Positions 38,509 to 53,160 of a stretch of DNA of 64,000 nucleotides are shown here, one piece after another. Origin of the DNA: Eledone cirrhosa (taxonomy: Eukaryota); the NCBI GenBank assembly GCA_964016885.1, contig OZ024743.1, positions 346,642,001-346,706,000 of the forward strand, in the 5' to 3' direction. The stretch's first letter is position 1, and every line of letters begins with the position of its first letter. A program made the translations under genes and the position numbers. The notes beneath the pieces were generated by a model. The model was not told where the DNA came from, ran no database searches, and worked only from the letters and a program-made list of their open reading frames with translations.

Positions 38509-39490
38509 TACATTTATTCATTGCTATCATTCCATGAGTTTATTTTATTTGTCTTTTTCTTAATCCTGCTATTTTATTCCAAAATTTGCTCCTATATATG
38601 GGGCAAGTCCCATTTGCATCATTTTCTACAATTCTTGCCCATTTAGTCCTCGCTCCTTTATAAATCCTGAGCTGGTCTCTATGATTGTAGTCAGAGAACT
38701 GCATGAGATGGATTAAGTGTTTAATATTGCACATGCAGGACACGTTCCTCATCAACTTCAAAATGTATACACTGCAAAAGATCAACAGATCAATTATGAT
38801 AAATGCTTGCGCGCGTTCTTCAAAATTTCATGGGTTAATGGTTAATATATGTTTGCTTTTTAGTTTATAGCCTAGGCAATAGACCGGTCAAATCTATGAT
38901 GAAACTACCTAACAAGAGCAGAAAATATCTTATACGTATATACATCCATACATATATACATACGTACGTATATACATACACATACGTACACCCTTACTTA
39001 CATATAACAAATGGACATAAACATATAACAAATAAACGCATAGATACAAACTATATACATACGTACATAGAATATATAAACTTACAAATCAGTGAAAGGG
39101 ACAAATATTTTGGCTAGCTAAATGCCTGATATAAAATAAATAATAAAAAGTAAAATGAAAAAAATATGAAGTGGTAAATAAAATTCTTGGAACCAAATTT
39201 AGGGTAGCTATGCGATGAGATCAAAGTAACGTTGTGGCATGAATATTTAATTGGGTAGGAAATCTGTATAGGGGAGGGCAAGAACCTCACCCGTTAACAT
39301 CCGTGGTGTTTATATTATAAAGATAGGCAACGGTGCGGCTGTGTTTTATTTGTTTATCTTTTGTTTCTTTTCATAGAATTTGATTGTCTTGTTACTAGAG
39401 ACTTGAAACATGATTCCTTAGAGAAAATACTCACACACACACTTACATATAGTTTCATGTGTGTTTCTGTGTGTAGGTGTATATATATGT

Positions 39491-39532
<42 letters not shown>

Positions 39533-39612
39533 ACCTAGATGAATACACGCACACACATACACACATACATATAGTTTTATGTGTGTTTCTGTGTGTAGGT
39601 GTATATATATGT

Positions 39613-39658
<46 letters not shown>

Positions 39659-39994
39659 ACTTTGATATATATATATATATGTATATACAAATGTGTATAT
39701 ATATGTATATATATGTATATATATATATATATATGTGTGTGTGTATGCGAGTTTGGGTGCCTGGCTCAATATAGTATAAAGTTTTATAAAGCTATAAAAC
39801 AACAACCTGAGGAATTTGAGTTCGTTTCCTATTAACAACAATTTTAGAATTCCACAGTGTAGATGTTGTATTTTATCAGGAAAGTGATATTTCAGATTGC
39901 TCGGTGGTGCAGAGTAGATAGATGCTATCACCTGCTTATTCGTTTTATATATTTATATATTTCTTGTCTACTCACATGATTTACAGGATGCGTG

Positions 39995-40106
<112 letters not shown>

Positions 40107-40116
40107 TATACATATA

Positions 40117-40237
<121 letters not shown>

Positions 40238-40265
40238 GTATATATATATATGTATATATATATAT

Positions 40266-40326
<61 letters not shown>

Positions 40327-40469
40327 AATAAATGTGAGAAAAACGACAGACCCTCTATCTCAATTCTACTTTGAAAAGCAGAAGAACTGCGAAACCGGTA
40401 AAGGAACCAAATAAATATATATATTTTAAAAAAAAAGACTACAGTTGTATTTTCGATTTCATCTTTTTT

Positions 40470-40506
<37 letters not shown>

Positions 40507-40590
40507 ACCACTCAGATACGTTCATGCATACTTACCTACATACATATACGTACACACACACACATATATATATACGTAGAGAGTTAGATA

Positions 40591-40649
<59 letters not shown>

Positions 40650-40673
40650 ACACACAGACACACACACAGACAA

Positions 40674-40735
<62 letters not shown>

Positions 40736-41269
40736 GCACGTACACGCATACATAGCCTTTTCTGGTGGTTTCCTTGGAATGAAACAGTTCAAGTCATGTA
40801 GAAGCCAATCCTTTATTAAATGTTGTTATATATATATATACTTACATGCTTATATATATGTGTGTGTATAGGGAAATAATCTAGTCCTTGTGAATTTTGA
40901 ATTCTAAATAATATACTTTTATAATAATATATGTAATTTGTGTAGACTACTTAGAAGTTACCGGCAACCGTTTTATTATCATCGCGAAAGAAGTGAATGC
41001 AGCTGCTTATTAATTTTTTTCTTTTTTTTTTTTCAATATAAATTCACATTTGTCACATATAACGTTGCTTGCCTGTAAACGAAAAATAATGAAAAATTAA
41101 AGAATATTCAAGCAGCGCTGTCTGATACTCTCAGAACATACTGGAAACTCAGATATTCTTGAAGAGTAAAATCGAGGAAAATGTTCTTTTTTTCCTTTTG
41201 TTTAGTTTTAGTTTCACTTAAAAAAAATATACTCTTTTCGCAGCGAGTCTACTGATGTATTTATTGTAT

Positions 41270-41755
41270 ATAGCAGTGGTACCCGGCGTTGCACGGGATA
41301 AGGTATTTTGAAATGCGGGCCGCCAACAGACCTAATCGTGGAAAAACTGTATGCCAGGACAATATGTAAAGAAAATAAACTGAATACTCTGATGGCTGGA
41401 TAATCTTTAAGATGCGGGCCCTAGAGGATTAAAAAAATGATTTTTTTTTATGTGCATAATATGCATTGAAATTTCGGGAAAATTGGCTACACGTAACACC
41501 TCAAAAGAGCCCTAAAAAGCTGAAAAAATGAAATTGTTAACCTAATGCGGGACCTAGGCCATGAAAAAGTTGGATTTTCTTTGCTCATGGTATGAAGAAG
41601 AGACTGACTAATAGATAGTTACAATTTCAAGGAAATCGGTCTGACGTAACCTTTAAAAAAAAACCTAAAATGCTGAAAAAACGCAGTTTTTCACCTAATG
41701 CTACCCCCCTCCCCCCACACACACACACATACATCCTCAGTTTTATATATATAGA
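41270..41755 (-). mobile_element. Non-autonomous Helitron
   Basis: On the minus strand it starts A|TCTATATATATAAAACTGAGG and ends with the hairpin CCCGTGCAACGCCGGG followed by TACCACTGCTA. Confidence 0.75.
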
Positions 41756-42384
41756 TAAACGTATTATATATGTCTTCATATACACCTATATATATATATA
41801 TATATAGTAATAATAATAAATGTGAAGACTAAAATCCAAAGAGGGCTCGATAAGTTTCAGAAGATCCCGTTAAGGGTGGAAGCAACGATTCTTTGCTTAA
41901 ACTTTAATCTGTTATTTTAATAAATATATATATATATATATACACGTCAGACATCCCCACAGTTGCCAGACGGTCAAGTTTAGAACATTTCAATGAATAT
42001 ATATATATATATATTGGTAAACGGAATAGAAAATGCTGACAAATTGTTCACAGTGAAAAATAGTTTAATTAGGAATAAGTGAGAATTAGTAATTGTATTG
42101 GTTAGTATTCAGTTTTGGTTTTAAGTTTTATCGGTTACGCATTTCTAATGCTTTTCAAAAATAATTTTGAGATAGAGCGTCCGTGATGTTTGCTCTCTCT
42201 CCCCTCTCTCTCTCTCTGTTTTTCTTTACCTCCATTTCTTCTTTTTCTCCGTCTTTTTTTCTAACTGTGCTTAACACTATAAATAAATAATTATAAACAC
42301 TTCACTACCAAGGCAGCCTCCTAATTTAATGGTCGCTTATATTATGGTACGTCAAAATTATTTATAAAACTGTTTATATATTGT

Positions 42385-42448
42385 ATTTTATCTGACGAAG
42401 CCATGCCATATTTTTAATATGGTATCCCTGAAATATGTATAATGAAAT
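42385..42448 (+). ncRNA. Type I hammerhead motif, paralog of 30912-30975
   Basis: AUUUUAU/AUGAAAU; CUGACGA (the core differs only at the variable N7 position); GAAA-UAUGUA-UA. Confidence 0.72.
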
Positions 42449-42581
42449 AAATATGGTTTTATAAATATAGTTTCCATTTGTTTAATATCGTATATCTACT
42501 CCAAAAACTTGTCGAGTGCTTTATATCGGTTATAAAATGTTTACTTGTTGTAACCCAACAATTTTAAATAAAACTTTTGCA

Positions 42582-43210
42582 TATATATATATAAACTGAG
42601 GATGCGTGTGTGAGTTTGAATCCCTCAAACTCGAGAAGTACTCAACCGATTTTATTCAAACTTTACATGTGTGTTACTTATGTTTCATGGAGTGTTATGC
42701 ACTTAAAGAATTAAACTTTTTGATCCCTTAGGGCCCGAATTAGATGTAAACCTGCGTTTTTCTATAGCTTTTCAGGGGTTCTTTGAGGCGTTACGTCAGA
42801 CCGATTTCCTTGAAATTGTAACTATGTATTAGTCAGTCTCTTCTTCATACCGCGAGCAAAGAAAATCCAACTTGTTTATGGCCTAGGGACAGCATTAGGT
42901 GAAAAACTTCATTTTTCAGCTTTTTAGGGTTTTTTGAGGCGTTACTTCTAAGCCGATCTTCCCGAAATGTCAAGGCATATTATGCACATAAAAAAAAAAT
43001 CATTTCTTGATCCCCTAGGGCCCGCATTAGGTGAAAACCTGCATTTTTCCTGCTTCATCGAGGAAAATCTTAAAGATTATCCAGCCATCAGAGTATTCGG
43101 TTTATTTTCTTTACATATTGTCTAGGTATGCAGTTTTTCCACGATTAGGTGTGATGGCGGCCCGCGTTCCAAAATATCTTATCCCGTGCAACGCCGTGTA
43201 CCACTGCTAG
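42582..43210 (+). mobile_element. Non-autonomous Helitron (same family, opposite orientation)
   Basis: Ends CCCGTGCAACGCCGTGTACCACTGCTAG|T (hairpin plus CTAG followed by T). Internal sub-repeats. Reverse-complementary to 41270-41755. Confidence 0.8.
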
Positions 43211-44514
43211 TATATATATATATATACGGTCCCCATCGGTCACTGAAAGATTCCTTCCAGTTTCCTTCCGAGACCCAATCTTCGGCAAGTTTTTTCTGTG
43301 GAAGACCAACAGGCGCACCTGCATATCTGTTTCCCCTCTCCACGCCACCGATGTTGTTCAACAGAGAGGCAACGGCCGATGGAGCTTGACACCACTGACG
43401 CCACAACTCATTTCTACAGCAGAATGAAATAAAGTGTCTTGCTCGTGGACACTACGTATCAGCCGGTCCGAGAATCGAACTTATAACCCCTCAATTGCAA
43501 GCCAAATGTTCTAACCAGTAAGCCATTCGCCTCCACACACACACACATATATAATATGTTATGCAGGTTAATGTATGAGTAACAATTACCTACACGCGGC
43601 GTGTCCACGCGCATAACCACATATACAACCTGCATCGGTTGAAAATACTACCTTTTTCGACCGACTGGAAACCTCCCTTCGGAATAATCAGCCAGTTAAA
43701 GCCTGGTACTAAACATTATGAACAACACCATCAACAACCATAACGCCAATATCTTGTCTATATTATAGTAAAACTTTCTTAAATTACAAGAATTCATCTA
43801 ATAACCGGTTGAATGGTTTGATCGTGACAGTAGAATTTGACATCCAACAATTCAAATATCTGTAAATTTAGACATTTTAAACGAGAAAAAAACGTTTTTC
43901 TATAAGTCAGGTGTAGTGTAGACAAATCAGTTTATGATCAGCTAAGTTTATGTCTTCAACAAAGCCAGCTGTTGGTTTCGGCCAGCCTTCGTCAGTTTCA
44001 TGCATTCCCTTCTTCTTATTGACGCTGGTTTGAATCCCCACATGAATGACTTATCCTTCCCCTTTACCCGATTCCATCTAGCTCTCTCCTGTTTTATCCT
44101 CTCTATTTTTGCTTAATTTTTCTTTATTTATTTTCGTTTCTATTTTCGTCAATGGGAATGACATAAAGTACTAAATGAAAGCAATGTGTTCTTAACAGAT
44201 ATATAAAGGATATGTGTATCTACGTGGAATTCACAATTTTCATTAACGGTATCCATGTAGAAGAGCCAAACATGGCGATGGAGATATTTACTGGCTAAAA
44301 TGAAAGTGAAAATACAAACAGCAATAGATCATTGATGTGATAAACCGGGCGGAAGATGGAAAATGGAAGATGAGCGAAGAAAACCGAATTTCTATGGTGA
44401 TTTGATTTTGATACAAATTTAAAGTGTATATTCTAAGTATCTATGTAGGAGTGTATAACGGGATGAATAAATGACTGTATGGATAGAAATACAGAAAGGA
44501 TTAGATTGAAAGAT

Positions 44515-44529
44515 AGACAGATAGATTGC

Positions 44530-44598
<69 letters not shown>

Positions 44599-44608
44599 GA
44601 ATAGATGA

Positions 44609-44690
<82 letters not shown>
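44515..44690. repeat. (GATA)n microsatellite
   Basis: Direct reading. Confidence 0.98.
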
Positions 44691-44692
<2 letters not shown>

Positions 44693-44817
44693 AAGGAGTT
44701 GAGGTGAGATAAGGAGAAAAGAAATAAATCAGTGATTAGTAGAATGACAAATGGTTACCCGGATACATATATACATATAACGTTGGAGGGATCGTTAGAC
44801 AGAAATCTTCACACATT

Positions 44818-44860
<43 letters not shown>

Positions 44861-44865
44861 CTGTA

Positions 44866-44947
<82 letters not shown>

Positions 44948-45163
44948 TTTATATATATATATATAAGTGGAAGTACAGCATATTCGAAGCTCGAGCCGCA
45001 GCTAAGCCGACGAATGCATTCAGAAGTGTAGCCAAGCACTCAACAAGGTATAAAACCTCAGAGTAATAACATACCGTTTAAAGGGCTTTGCAAATTGAAG
45101 ATAGCGACCGGTAATTCAGCCGCGGGTTCCGTGGCAACCGAAGAACTGACTCGCGAGAACAAA

Positions 45164-45195
<32 letters not shown>

Positions 45196-45219
45196 AATAC
45201 ATATATATATATATATATA

Positions 45220-45557
45220 TATACATAATATATAAGATCAAAAGATGGTTAAATGAGTTCCATGTATTTTATTATGCGCATTTCAAAAACCATCATGCAA
45301 TAACATTTGTGTTTTCATCAGATAAAATAGGAGAACATGATATGAAGGCTAAAAAACACTTGAGGATAGTGCAGTTTTAAATCAACATATGTTGATTTAA
45401 AACTGCACTATCCACAAGTGTTTTTTAACCTTCATATCATGTCCTCCTATTTTATCTGATGAAAACACAAATGTTATTGCATGATGGTTTTTGAAATGCG
45501 CATAATAAAATACATGGAACTCATTTAACCATCTTTTGATCTTATATATTATGTATA
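45220..45557. repeat. Long palindrome (arms about 169 bp, no spacer, few mismatches)
   Basis: Centre ATCAACAT|ATGTTGAT at 45388/45389. Confidence 0.95.
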
Positions 45558-45635
45558 CTCCAGTCCTACAAACTGTAGAGTGCTTCTTATCCGATATCTG
45601 CATTGCTTTATTGTACTACAATAAAACTCACCTCC

Positions 45636-45724
<89 letters not shown>

Positions 45725-46077
45725 CAAACCTGGACCATCACTTCGATATTTTTTTATATCACAGGTAGCTTTCTGTAAATCCGAAATCAACAAAATCCGT
45801 TTGCACTCTATGCAAGTTAAGTTTCTGGAAGATCGAACAGTGGATTTACTTTCTCAACAGGCTTTCGTTCTGACACCAGTCCGGATGTGAGGGCACATGT
45901 TACTCCAAAGGGAGCTAACCCCGGTTTATGGCGGTCAAATTCAAATTATGAGCAATGGAATAGGTTCCGTACACAAACTGAATTAAGCACTCAACCAGAC
46001 CGTTACTAAACAAACATAAATAATTAACCAATCAATAAAATTGTCTAATTAAATTAATCAATTAATCATTAAGTCTA

Positions 46078-46204
<127 letters not shown>

Positions 46205-46242
46205 AACACACACACACACATACATTTATATATATATATATG

Positions 46243-46422
46243 ATAATTGTTTCTACTTTTGGCACAAAGCCAGCAATTATCCAGTGCATTACTGGTACTT
46301 TATTTTATCAACCCCGTAGGGATGAAAGGCAAAGTTAACCTCGGCGGGATTTGAACTCAGCTCGTAAAGGGACGTAACTACGCTGGAAAGCATATCCGAC
46401 CCTCTACCAATACTGCCAATTC
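46243..46422 (-). mobile_element. tRNA-SINE copy
   Basis: Reverse complement of the family consensus. Confidence 0.85.
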
Positions 46423-46879
46423 ATGATAATACACACTTAACATATTCGTAAAACGTTTGTAATGATTTCTAACAAACCCATAAATACTGAAATTTTAGCG
46501 AAACGAATAAAATATCACAAACCCGATTTGACATATATTAGAACAATAATCGTGTGTGTGTATGAATGCTAAATTTTGATAATGAGTACATATACGAATG
46601 GATTCTGGACATTTGCACGGTTCTATCGAGCCGAATACATAACTGGTATTTTTTTAATCGACCGTCGGAGTACTGTATGAAATATCAACTCATCGCCTGC
46701 TATGGTAAATATACATAGCAAAATTCGAAAAAGCATTTTGCCCATCTTGTTACCGTTTTTGGTGCTTCCTATATCAGTGGTCGCCAACCAGTAGTCCGCG
46801 GATCACTGGCGGTCTGAGAGAAAATGTTGCTTGTCTGCAGAAAAATGTGGACATTATTTGCAATTTTTATGTTGTATTA

Positions 46880-47046
46880 ATAATTGTTTCTACTTTTGGC
46901 ACAAGGCCAGCAATTACCCGGTGCATTACTGGTACTTTATTTTACCGACTCCGTAAAGATGAAAGGCAATGTAAACCTCGGCGGGATTTGAACTCAGATC
47001 ATAAAGGGCCGCAACTCTATGCTACAAAGCATAGTGTCCGACTCTA
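46880..47046 (-). mobile_element. tRNA-SINE copy
   Basis: Reverse complement of the family consensus. Confidence 0.85.
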
Positions 47047-47637
47047 AACAAAAATAATATTTTGATAAAATATTTTTTGTAACACCCCTAAAAAATGTTT
47101 CTCCTCGGTAAAGAACTAACATCCATGAAATAATTATATATGAAAATGAGCGTTACTCTCTCGCATAACCACGCTTATATCCGAAAGAAAATATAAATAA
47201 TAATACTAAAATAAAATTAGATCTCCTCATCATGCAGGGAAACCTTATGCTAGTCCCGTCAACTTCTTATATATAGAGAGAGATAAGATACAACAGGAGG
47301 AAACATAATAGCACCACTGACGATGTTGCAGATGTGCAACAAAAGAACTTTGTTAGACTATATATATGTGTTTGTGTCTATATTATATCTGTATTTTTGA
47401 CCGTTGGTCAGTCAATGGTAAACATTGAGACCGAATAAATTAAATTGACCGATATAAAAGACACAGAAGCGAAAACCAACAGTGAGTGTGTTCTGTTATT
47501 AATTCTGGCAATATTATTACACAAATATGACCCTCCCCAAGTATTATATATATATATATATAATTGATGCTGGATGATTAAAGCGTCCGTTGGCGGTAGG
47601 CCGTTTGAGCACTCGATGCTCTCAATGAGCAGAGTAT

Positions 47638-47861
47638 GATATCACTGCAAAAAAGATAATCAGTGTTGCGACGAATGGAATTTATTGGACATATTACAAT
47701 CGTTTCTCTGAATCAAGACGTATCTGGGGACCTTGCGATTTACAGAGTCAGGTTCGCTCATCACATCGATCGTGCCTCGAGCTCGTCGCCAGAGGAACGA
47801 TTGTAATATGTCCAATAAATTCCATTCGTCGCAACAATGATTTTCTTTTTTTCTGTGATAT
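47638..47861. repeat. Inverted repeat, arms about 65 bp
   Basis: TGTTGCGACGAATGGAATTTATTGGACATATTACAATCGTT and its reverse complement. Confidence 0.88.
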
Positions 47862-47865
47862 GTAT

Positions 47866-48640
47866 ATATAGTTTTAATATAGATGAGATTCTACAGGACT
47901 AGATCTGTTTCATTCTTTAGAAATCATCAGGAATCTGGCTTTCCAAAAATAAATGTTGTGATGTTTATATCTTTTCAGGTGGTAGGAGAGGGTGGGGAGT
48001 GAGATGGGTGGGGAGTGGGATGGGTGGAGGTCAGGGAATTCATTAAAATGTGTATGTGAATGTGTCTGTTGACACCTGGAATATAGCTTAAGAGAAATAT
48101 GACAATAATGATATGATAGGCACCCAATATTATGAACTGGTTTATAGAATTATCTTGGCCTTTGTCACTCTAAGTAGAGCTTTAATAATTAGCTTTTAAA
48201 GAATTTCCCTTTTATTTAAATCCATCAACCATGACCGACCCCCAACCATCTTATAGACACCTGAAATATAGGCATTGTTAGCTTAAGAGAAACTTAAAAA
48301 TAAGGAGTGGCACCCCATTCTGAACTTGTTTATAGAATTCTTTCTGCCTTTGTCACTCTAAATATAAATTATTGCCTTAAAGAATTAGCTTTTAATGAAT
48401 CCCCTTTTCTTTCAACCAATGACCTCCACCCATCCCACTCCCTACCCTCTCCTACCACCTGAAAAGATATAAATACCACAACATTTATTTTTGGACAGCC
48501 AGATTCCTGATGATTTCTAAAGAAATAAACAGTTCTAGTCCTGTAGAATCTCATCTATATTAAAACTTTTATACTCTGCTGTGTATTGAGTACCTTACTT
48601 ACTGTGGTTACCCCCGATTCAACCCGGAATAACTTATATA
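47866..48640. mobile_element. Penelope-derived non-coding element with inverted arms and an internal direct repeat of about 190 bp
   Basis: 47870-48034 is inverted at 48418-48570. 48070-48240 is similar to 48255-48420. The 3' end is shared with 62165-62354. Confidence 0.72.
47886..47936 (-). ncRNA. Type I hammerhead motif with a complete stem III
   Basis: AGAUUC/GAAUCU; CUGAUGA; u-UUCU-aa-AGAA-u; GAAA; CAG...CUG; GUA triplet. A core-mutated inverted copy lies at 48501-48551 (+). Confidence 0.82.
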
Positions 48641-49327
48641 TATATATATTATTAAAAGGTCTGACGCCATATTCAGTTGATTCAAGTTTATTTAAAATTC
48701 TTTATACATATTTCGCTGAAGAATATTAATTATGATAGCCCGAGTTCTTCAGACGGCAAAACCTATAAAAGTTCCTAAATAAACCTTTAAGTTAGGTAAA
48801 ATCCAGTAACTTCTTCGATAAAGATTTTTTCTACAGAGGGATGGCCAGGCGAGTAGTGTTGATTCTTCGATGGCCGGTCCCTATATATATGTGTGTGTGT
48901 GTATATGTGTGTGTGTATATGTGTGTGTGTGTGTATCCATACATACATATATTTGTGTATATTCAAACAATATGTATTTAAATATGTATGTTTATATGTA
49001 TGTATGTATATGTGCATGCATGCATAAACACTTCCATTTACGTTTATATGACCATGGGCCGTTCTCTTTTTCATTGTTGTAACTAAGACAGAACAATATA
49101 CAACAAAGAACGTTATTAAAACGACTCGGAAATTTACTTATTACTTTATATTGTATTTTGTTTTCTCGTTTTTATTCATTAGAATATTTGCTCTGGTGTG
49201 TGTTGATTTGGGGCAATGAATTGAGCTCCCATTTCACGAAACTTTTAAAAAACATAATCATTTGGATTTCTTAAGAAAGTTGCCAGAATAAACTGTAATG
49301 CCTGTAGGAAAGGAACACACATTCACT

Positions 49328-49407
<80 letters not shown>

Positions 49408-49799
49408 AACACACAGACACGTATACATATGCATGTGTGTGTGCGTATGTGTGGGCGTTGGCGTATATATACAATATATATAACAGAAGAAAGAGTTCAT
49501 GATTAAAACAGAGTTATCTCATCATTAACCTATTGTATATTGTAACATTGTAATACTCATGAAAAAAATGAAAGGAAGATAAAAGAAGTTTAATTAGATT
49601 TTTCCAGTCCGGACAAAAAGATTAAAAGAATTACTCTTCCGTCTTTTTATTACCATATTGTCTTCTATATGTCTATTTATTTATTATTAAATTACCCCTA
49701 TATAATTTATTATAATCGTCTTTTCTGTTGACTTTTTTTCATTTAACCATTGTTATTTTCTCTTCAGTTATACTGAAGCAAACCCATGCAAATATTTGT

Positions 49800-51150
49800 T
49801 GTGGACTAGCAGTATCGGTAGAGCGTCGGATATTATTTTTTGCAGGATAGTTACGGCTCTTTACGATCTGAGTTGAAATTCAGCTGAGGTTAGCTTTGTC
49901 TTTCGTCCTTACGGGGTCAATAAGTAAAGTACCAGTAATGCACTGGGGTCGATTTAATCGACTTTCCCCTCCCCCCAAATTGCTGGCCTTGTGCCTATAC
50001 TGGAAATCATTAGTATTCAGTAGAACGTCGGTCAACATGCTAAGTGACATATGATTACCTCCCTTTACATTCTGAGTTCATATCCCGCCGAGGTTAGCTT
50101 TGTCTTTCATTCCTGCGGACTCGGTAAAATAAAGTACCAGTATAATCGACTCTCCCGTTCCCCAAAATGTCAGGCTTTGTGCCTAAATCAGAAATCATTG
50201 TTATAGGGCGGTGGATTCGCAGTATCGGACACCATGCTTTGTAGCATAGAGTTATGGCCCTTTACGGCATGTGTTCAAATCCTGCCGAGGTTAACATTGC
50301 CATTCATTCTTAAGGGGTCGATAAAATAAAATACCAGTAACGTACTGGGGTCGATTTAATCATTATTATATTACGGACAAAGGTTAACTTTGCCTTTCAT
50401 CCTTACGGGGTCGATAAAATAAAGTACCAGTAATGCACTGGGTATTTGCTGGCCTTGTGCCTAAAAATAGAAACAATTATTATATTACGGACTGAGGTTA
50501 GCTTTGCCTTTCGTTAAGGCGGTGAATTGGCAGTATCGGTAGAGGGTCGGACGCCATGCTTTGACGCATAGAGTTACGGCCCTTGCCATTCTGAGTTCAA
50601 ATCCCGTCGAGGTTAACTTTGCCTTTCATCCTTACAGGGTCGATAAAATAAGATACCAGTAATACACTGGATATTTGCTGGCCTTGTGCCAAAAGGTAGA
50701 AACAATTATTATATTACGGACTGAGTTCAAATCCCACCGAGGTTAACTTTGCCTTTCATCCTTATGTGGTCGATATAATAAAGTACCAGTAATACACTGG
50801 ATAATTGCTGGCCTTGTGCCAAAAGTAGAAACAATTATTATAGGGCGGTGGATTGGCAGTATCAGGAGGCGTCGGACAACATGCTTCGCTGGATAGTGTT
50901 TCAGCCCTTTACATTCTGAGTTCAAATCCAGCAGTGGTTGACTTTGCCATCCATCCATACGGGGTCGATAAAATAAAGTACCAGTAATGCACTGGGTAAT
51001 TGCTGGCCTTGTGCCTAAGGTAGAAACAATTATAAGGGCGGTGGATTGGCAGTATCGGTAGAGAGTACCATTAACGCACTGGGATCGATATAATCGACTT
51101 TCCCTCACCCATAAAATTGTACGCGTTCTGCGTAAATCAGAAACCTTTAT
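49800..51150 (+). mobile_element. Head-to-tail array of about 8-9 full and truncated tRNA-derived SINEs (Meta/MESC-like core, ATT tail)
   Basis: A box TGGCAGTATCGG, B box GAGTTCAAATCC, core CTTTGCCTTTCATCCTTACGGGGTCGATAAAATAAAGTACCAG, tail GGCCTTGTGCCAAAAGTAGAAACAATTATT. All units are on the same strand. Confidence 0.9.
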
Positions 51151-51265
51151 TATTGTTTGTCTCTGAAAGAAACACCACGATTGTTTACTCTCCGTGTGGC
51201 TTTTAGAGAAGATCCCAAATAAACACCCACTAAACATGGAATATCCTCCCGCCATTTTTCCAGCA

Positions 51266-52560
51266 TGGTCATCTTAAGAGTAGTTTGTCTAAAAATTCAT
51301 GGATGGGATCGTCCTAGAAGCAAGATGTCTTGCTGATCTCAGGTCACTAGATATGGATGTGACTGCCGTAATGCGAGACCACGATTTCCTACATGCAAGC
51401 ACTAGACCACATTTTCGATGACTATCAAATCTTCGCATCTCTTAGTCGGCCAGGAATGAGATGTGGGGGTGGAAATGCTGTTTAGGATAGGCCAGCATCT
51501 CGACGTAAGGACGATCTTTCTGAGCCCGGAGGGTGTGTTGGAGGTCCTGAATGTGAACAATAACGAAGATGGTGCATTTAGACTGATGGCCGTCTTCACC
51601 CTGACCAGAGCCGGACAGCCGGATTTTTTGAGGCACGTGGTTGCCATTCTGCAAATGTCCCACCGTTTACTATTAGCGGGAGATTGAATCAGCATCTTAG
51701 ACACATGCAAAGATTGTGTGGGAATAGCTGCTAGGAGCGGGGTGTGCAAAAGCCTCATGTATCTGATCAGCCACTCACAACTGTCTGACAGGTACCGACT
51801 AGGTTTCCATAATGCGCCAGTGTGGATCTGGTCCAACTGCGTAGAGTCATCTACTAGGTTATAGATTTTTTTTTTTTTTTGTTAGATCTATAGATAAGTA
51901 TATTATAGTTTGTCCACATTTCCGAACGGTGCCGTATTCAGATCACAATTTTTTTACCTGCATATTTGACCTAGTTAGAACATATAGACTAGGACCTGGT
52001 TACTTAAAGTTTAACGCGTCATTCCCGGCACGTAAAGCCTACATTGACCGGGCCGTCACTTTCGTTATGTGTAAGTTGACACGGTGTTCGTCAATAACAG
52101 GTGATGTGGTGCTCTCAAGAGAGAAGTTAGAATAGTTGCCAAAGGTTTCACTAAAGAAGTAGCGTTAGATAAAAATAAATGTGAGTGGTGGCTAAATTAT
52201 AGGCAGCAATGCGAAGTGGCATTGCAACAGATGTGTTAGCGGTGAGATTAGCATTAGACAATTTCATGAATGCAAAACACAAAAGTTGCGTATCCAGAGC
52301 AAAGGCGCGTGCTCTAAGAAAAGAGGGAATGGAAGCTGGTCGATGGGCTCGTGTAGTGGAGGCACACTGTGGTAACAAAGCGATGATTCGTTCTTTGGCG
52401 AACTGAGACGAATGCTTAATAAATGGTTCCTAACACGTCAGCCTACCGCGTTTCTCGCCAGCCGATTCTAAGTGCTACGAAAGGCAGATCACATCAGATG
52501 AGATTCGGGATAACCTGGCTGGTTGCACGAGGCACAATTCACCCGGTTTGAATATTCCTA
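51266..52560 (+). pseudogene. Old, decayed Tx1 ORF2 relic (endonuclease to start of RT)
   Basis: Fragments VRTIFLSPEG, FRLMAVF, LLLAGD, YSDHNFFTCIFDL, LGPGYLKFNAS and GIATDVLAVRLALD are colinear with the element B ORF2 N-terminus. Many stops and frameshifts. Confidence 0.9.
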
Positions 52561-53052
52561 GTTCTGTTCCGTTCCAGCATTACGAGTAATTAAGCATTCC
52601 TTTCGAAAAATATATGGTACGCGAAAACAGACATTAATGCACCCTCCCGGTAGAATTGAGTATTGTTACAATGTCAAAACATACAACAGTGGGTAGATAT
52701 CACGTTACCCTGTAGTAGTTGGATATGGTTGGATTATGCAACGACACTTTGGAAAGGCAGGAGTAGATCGACAAGGTTAGACCCATGTCCTAATATAAAT
52801 GATGCAAGGAGAGCGTACAATCCAAAGAACAGAGAAGTCGGTGCAGTAGTGAGTGTATTATTAAGAAATGTATTCGCTAATTCTATATGATAATTTTATA
52901 CGATAATCTTACCGAAGGAAATAGGATACGAAGGACTAGATCTTTTGTATATTACACAAATACAAGGAAGAAACATTTAATATTTCGACGGTTGTGCTTT
53001 GACTGCAGTCGGAGATACATAGGCGTTTTGGTGTAACCACATACATGTATTC

Positions 53053-53085
<33 letters not shown>

Positions 53086-53102
53086 CACACACACACACAT
53101 AA

Positions 53103-53160
<58 letters not shown>

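Noticed and set aside
47315-47360. CTGACGA plus hairpin as a hammerhead
   Set aside because: GAAA is altered and no stem I partner was found.
49800-51150. CRISPR-like or tRNA gene array
   Set aside because: The units are 100-200-bp SINEs with A and B boxes but no cloverleaf, no unique spacers and no cas genes, in a eukaryotic context.
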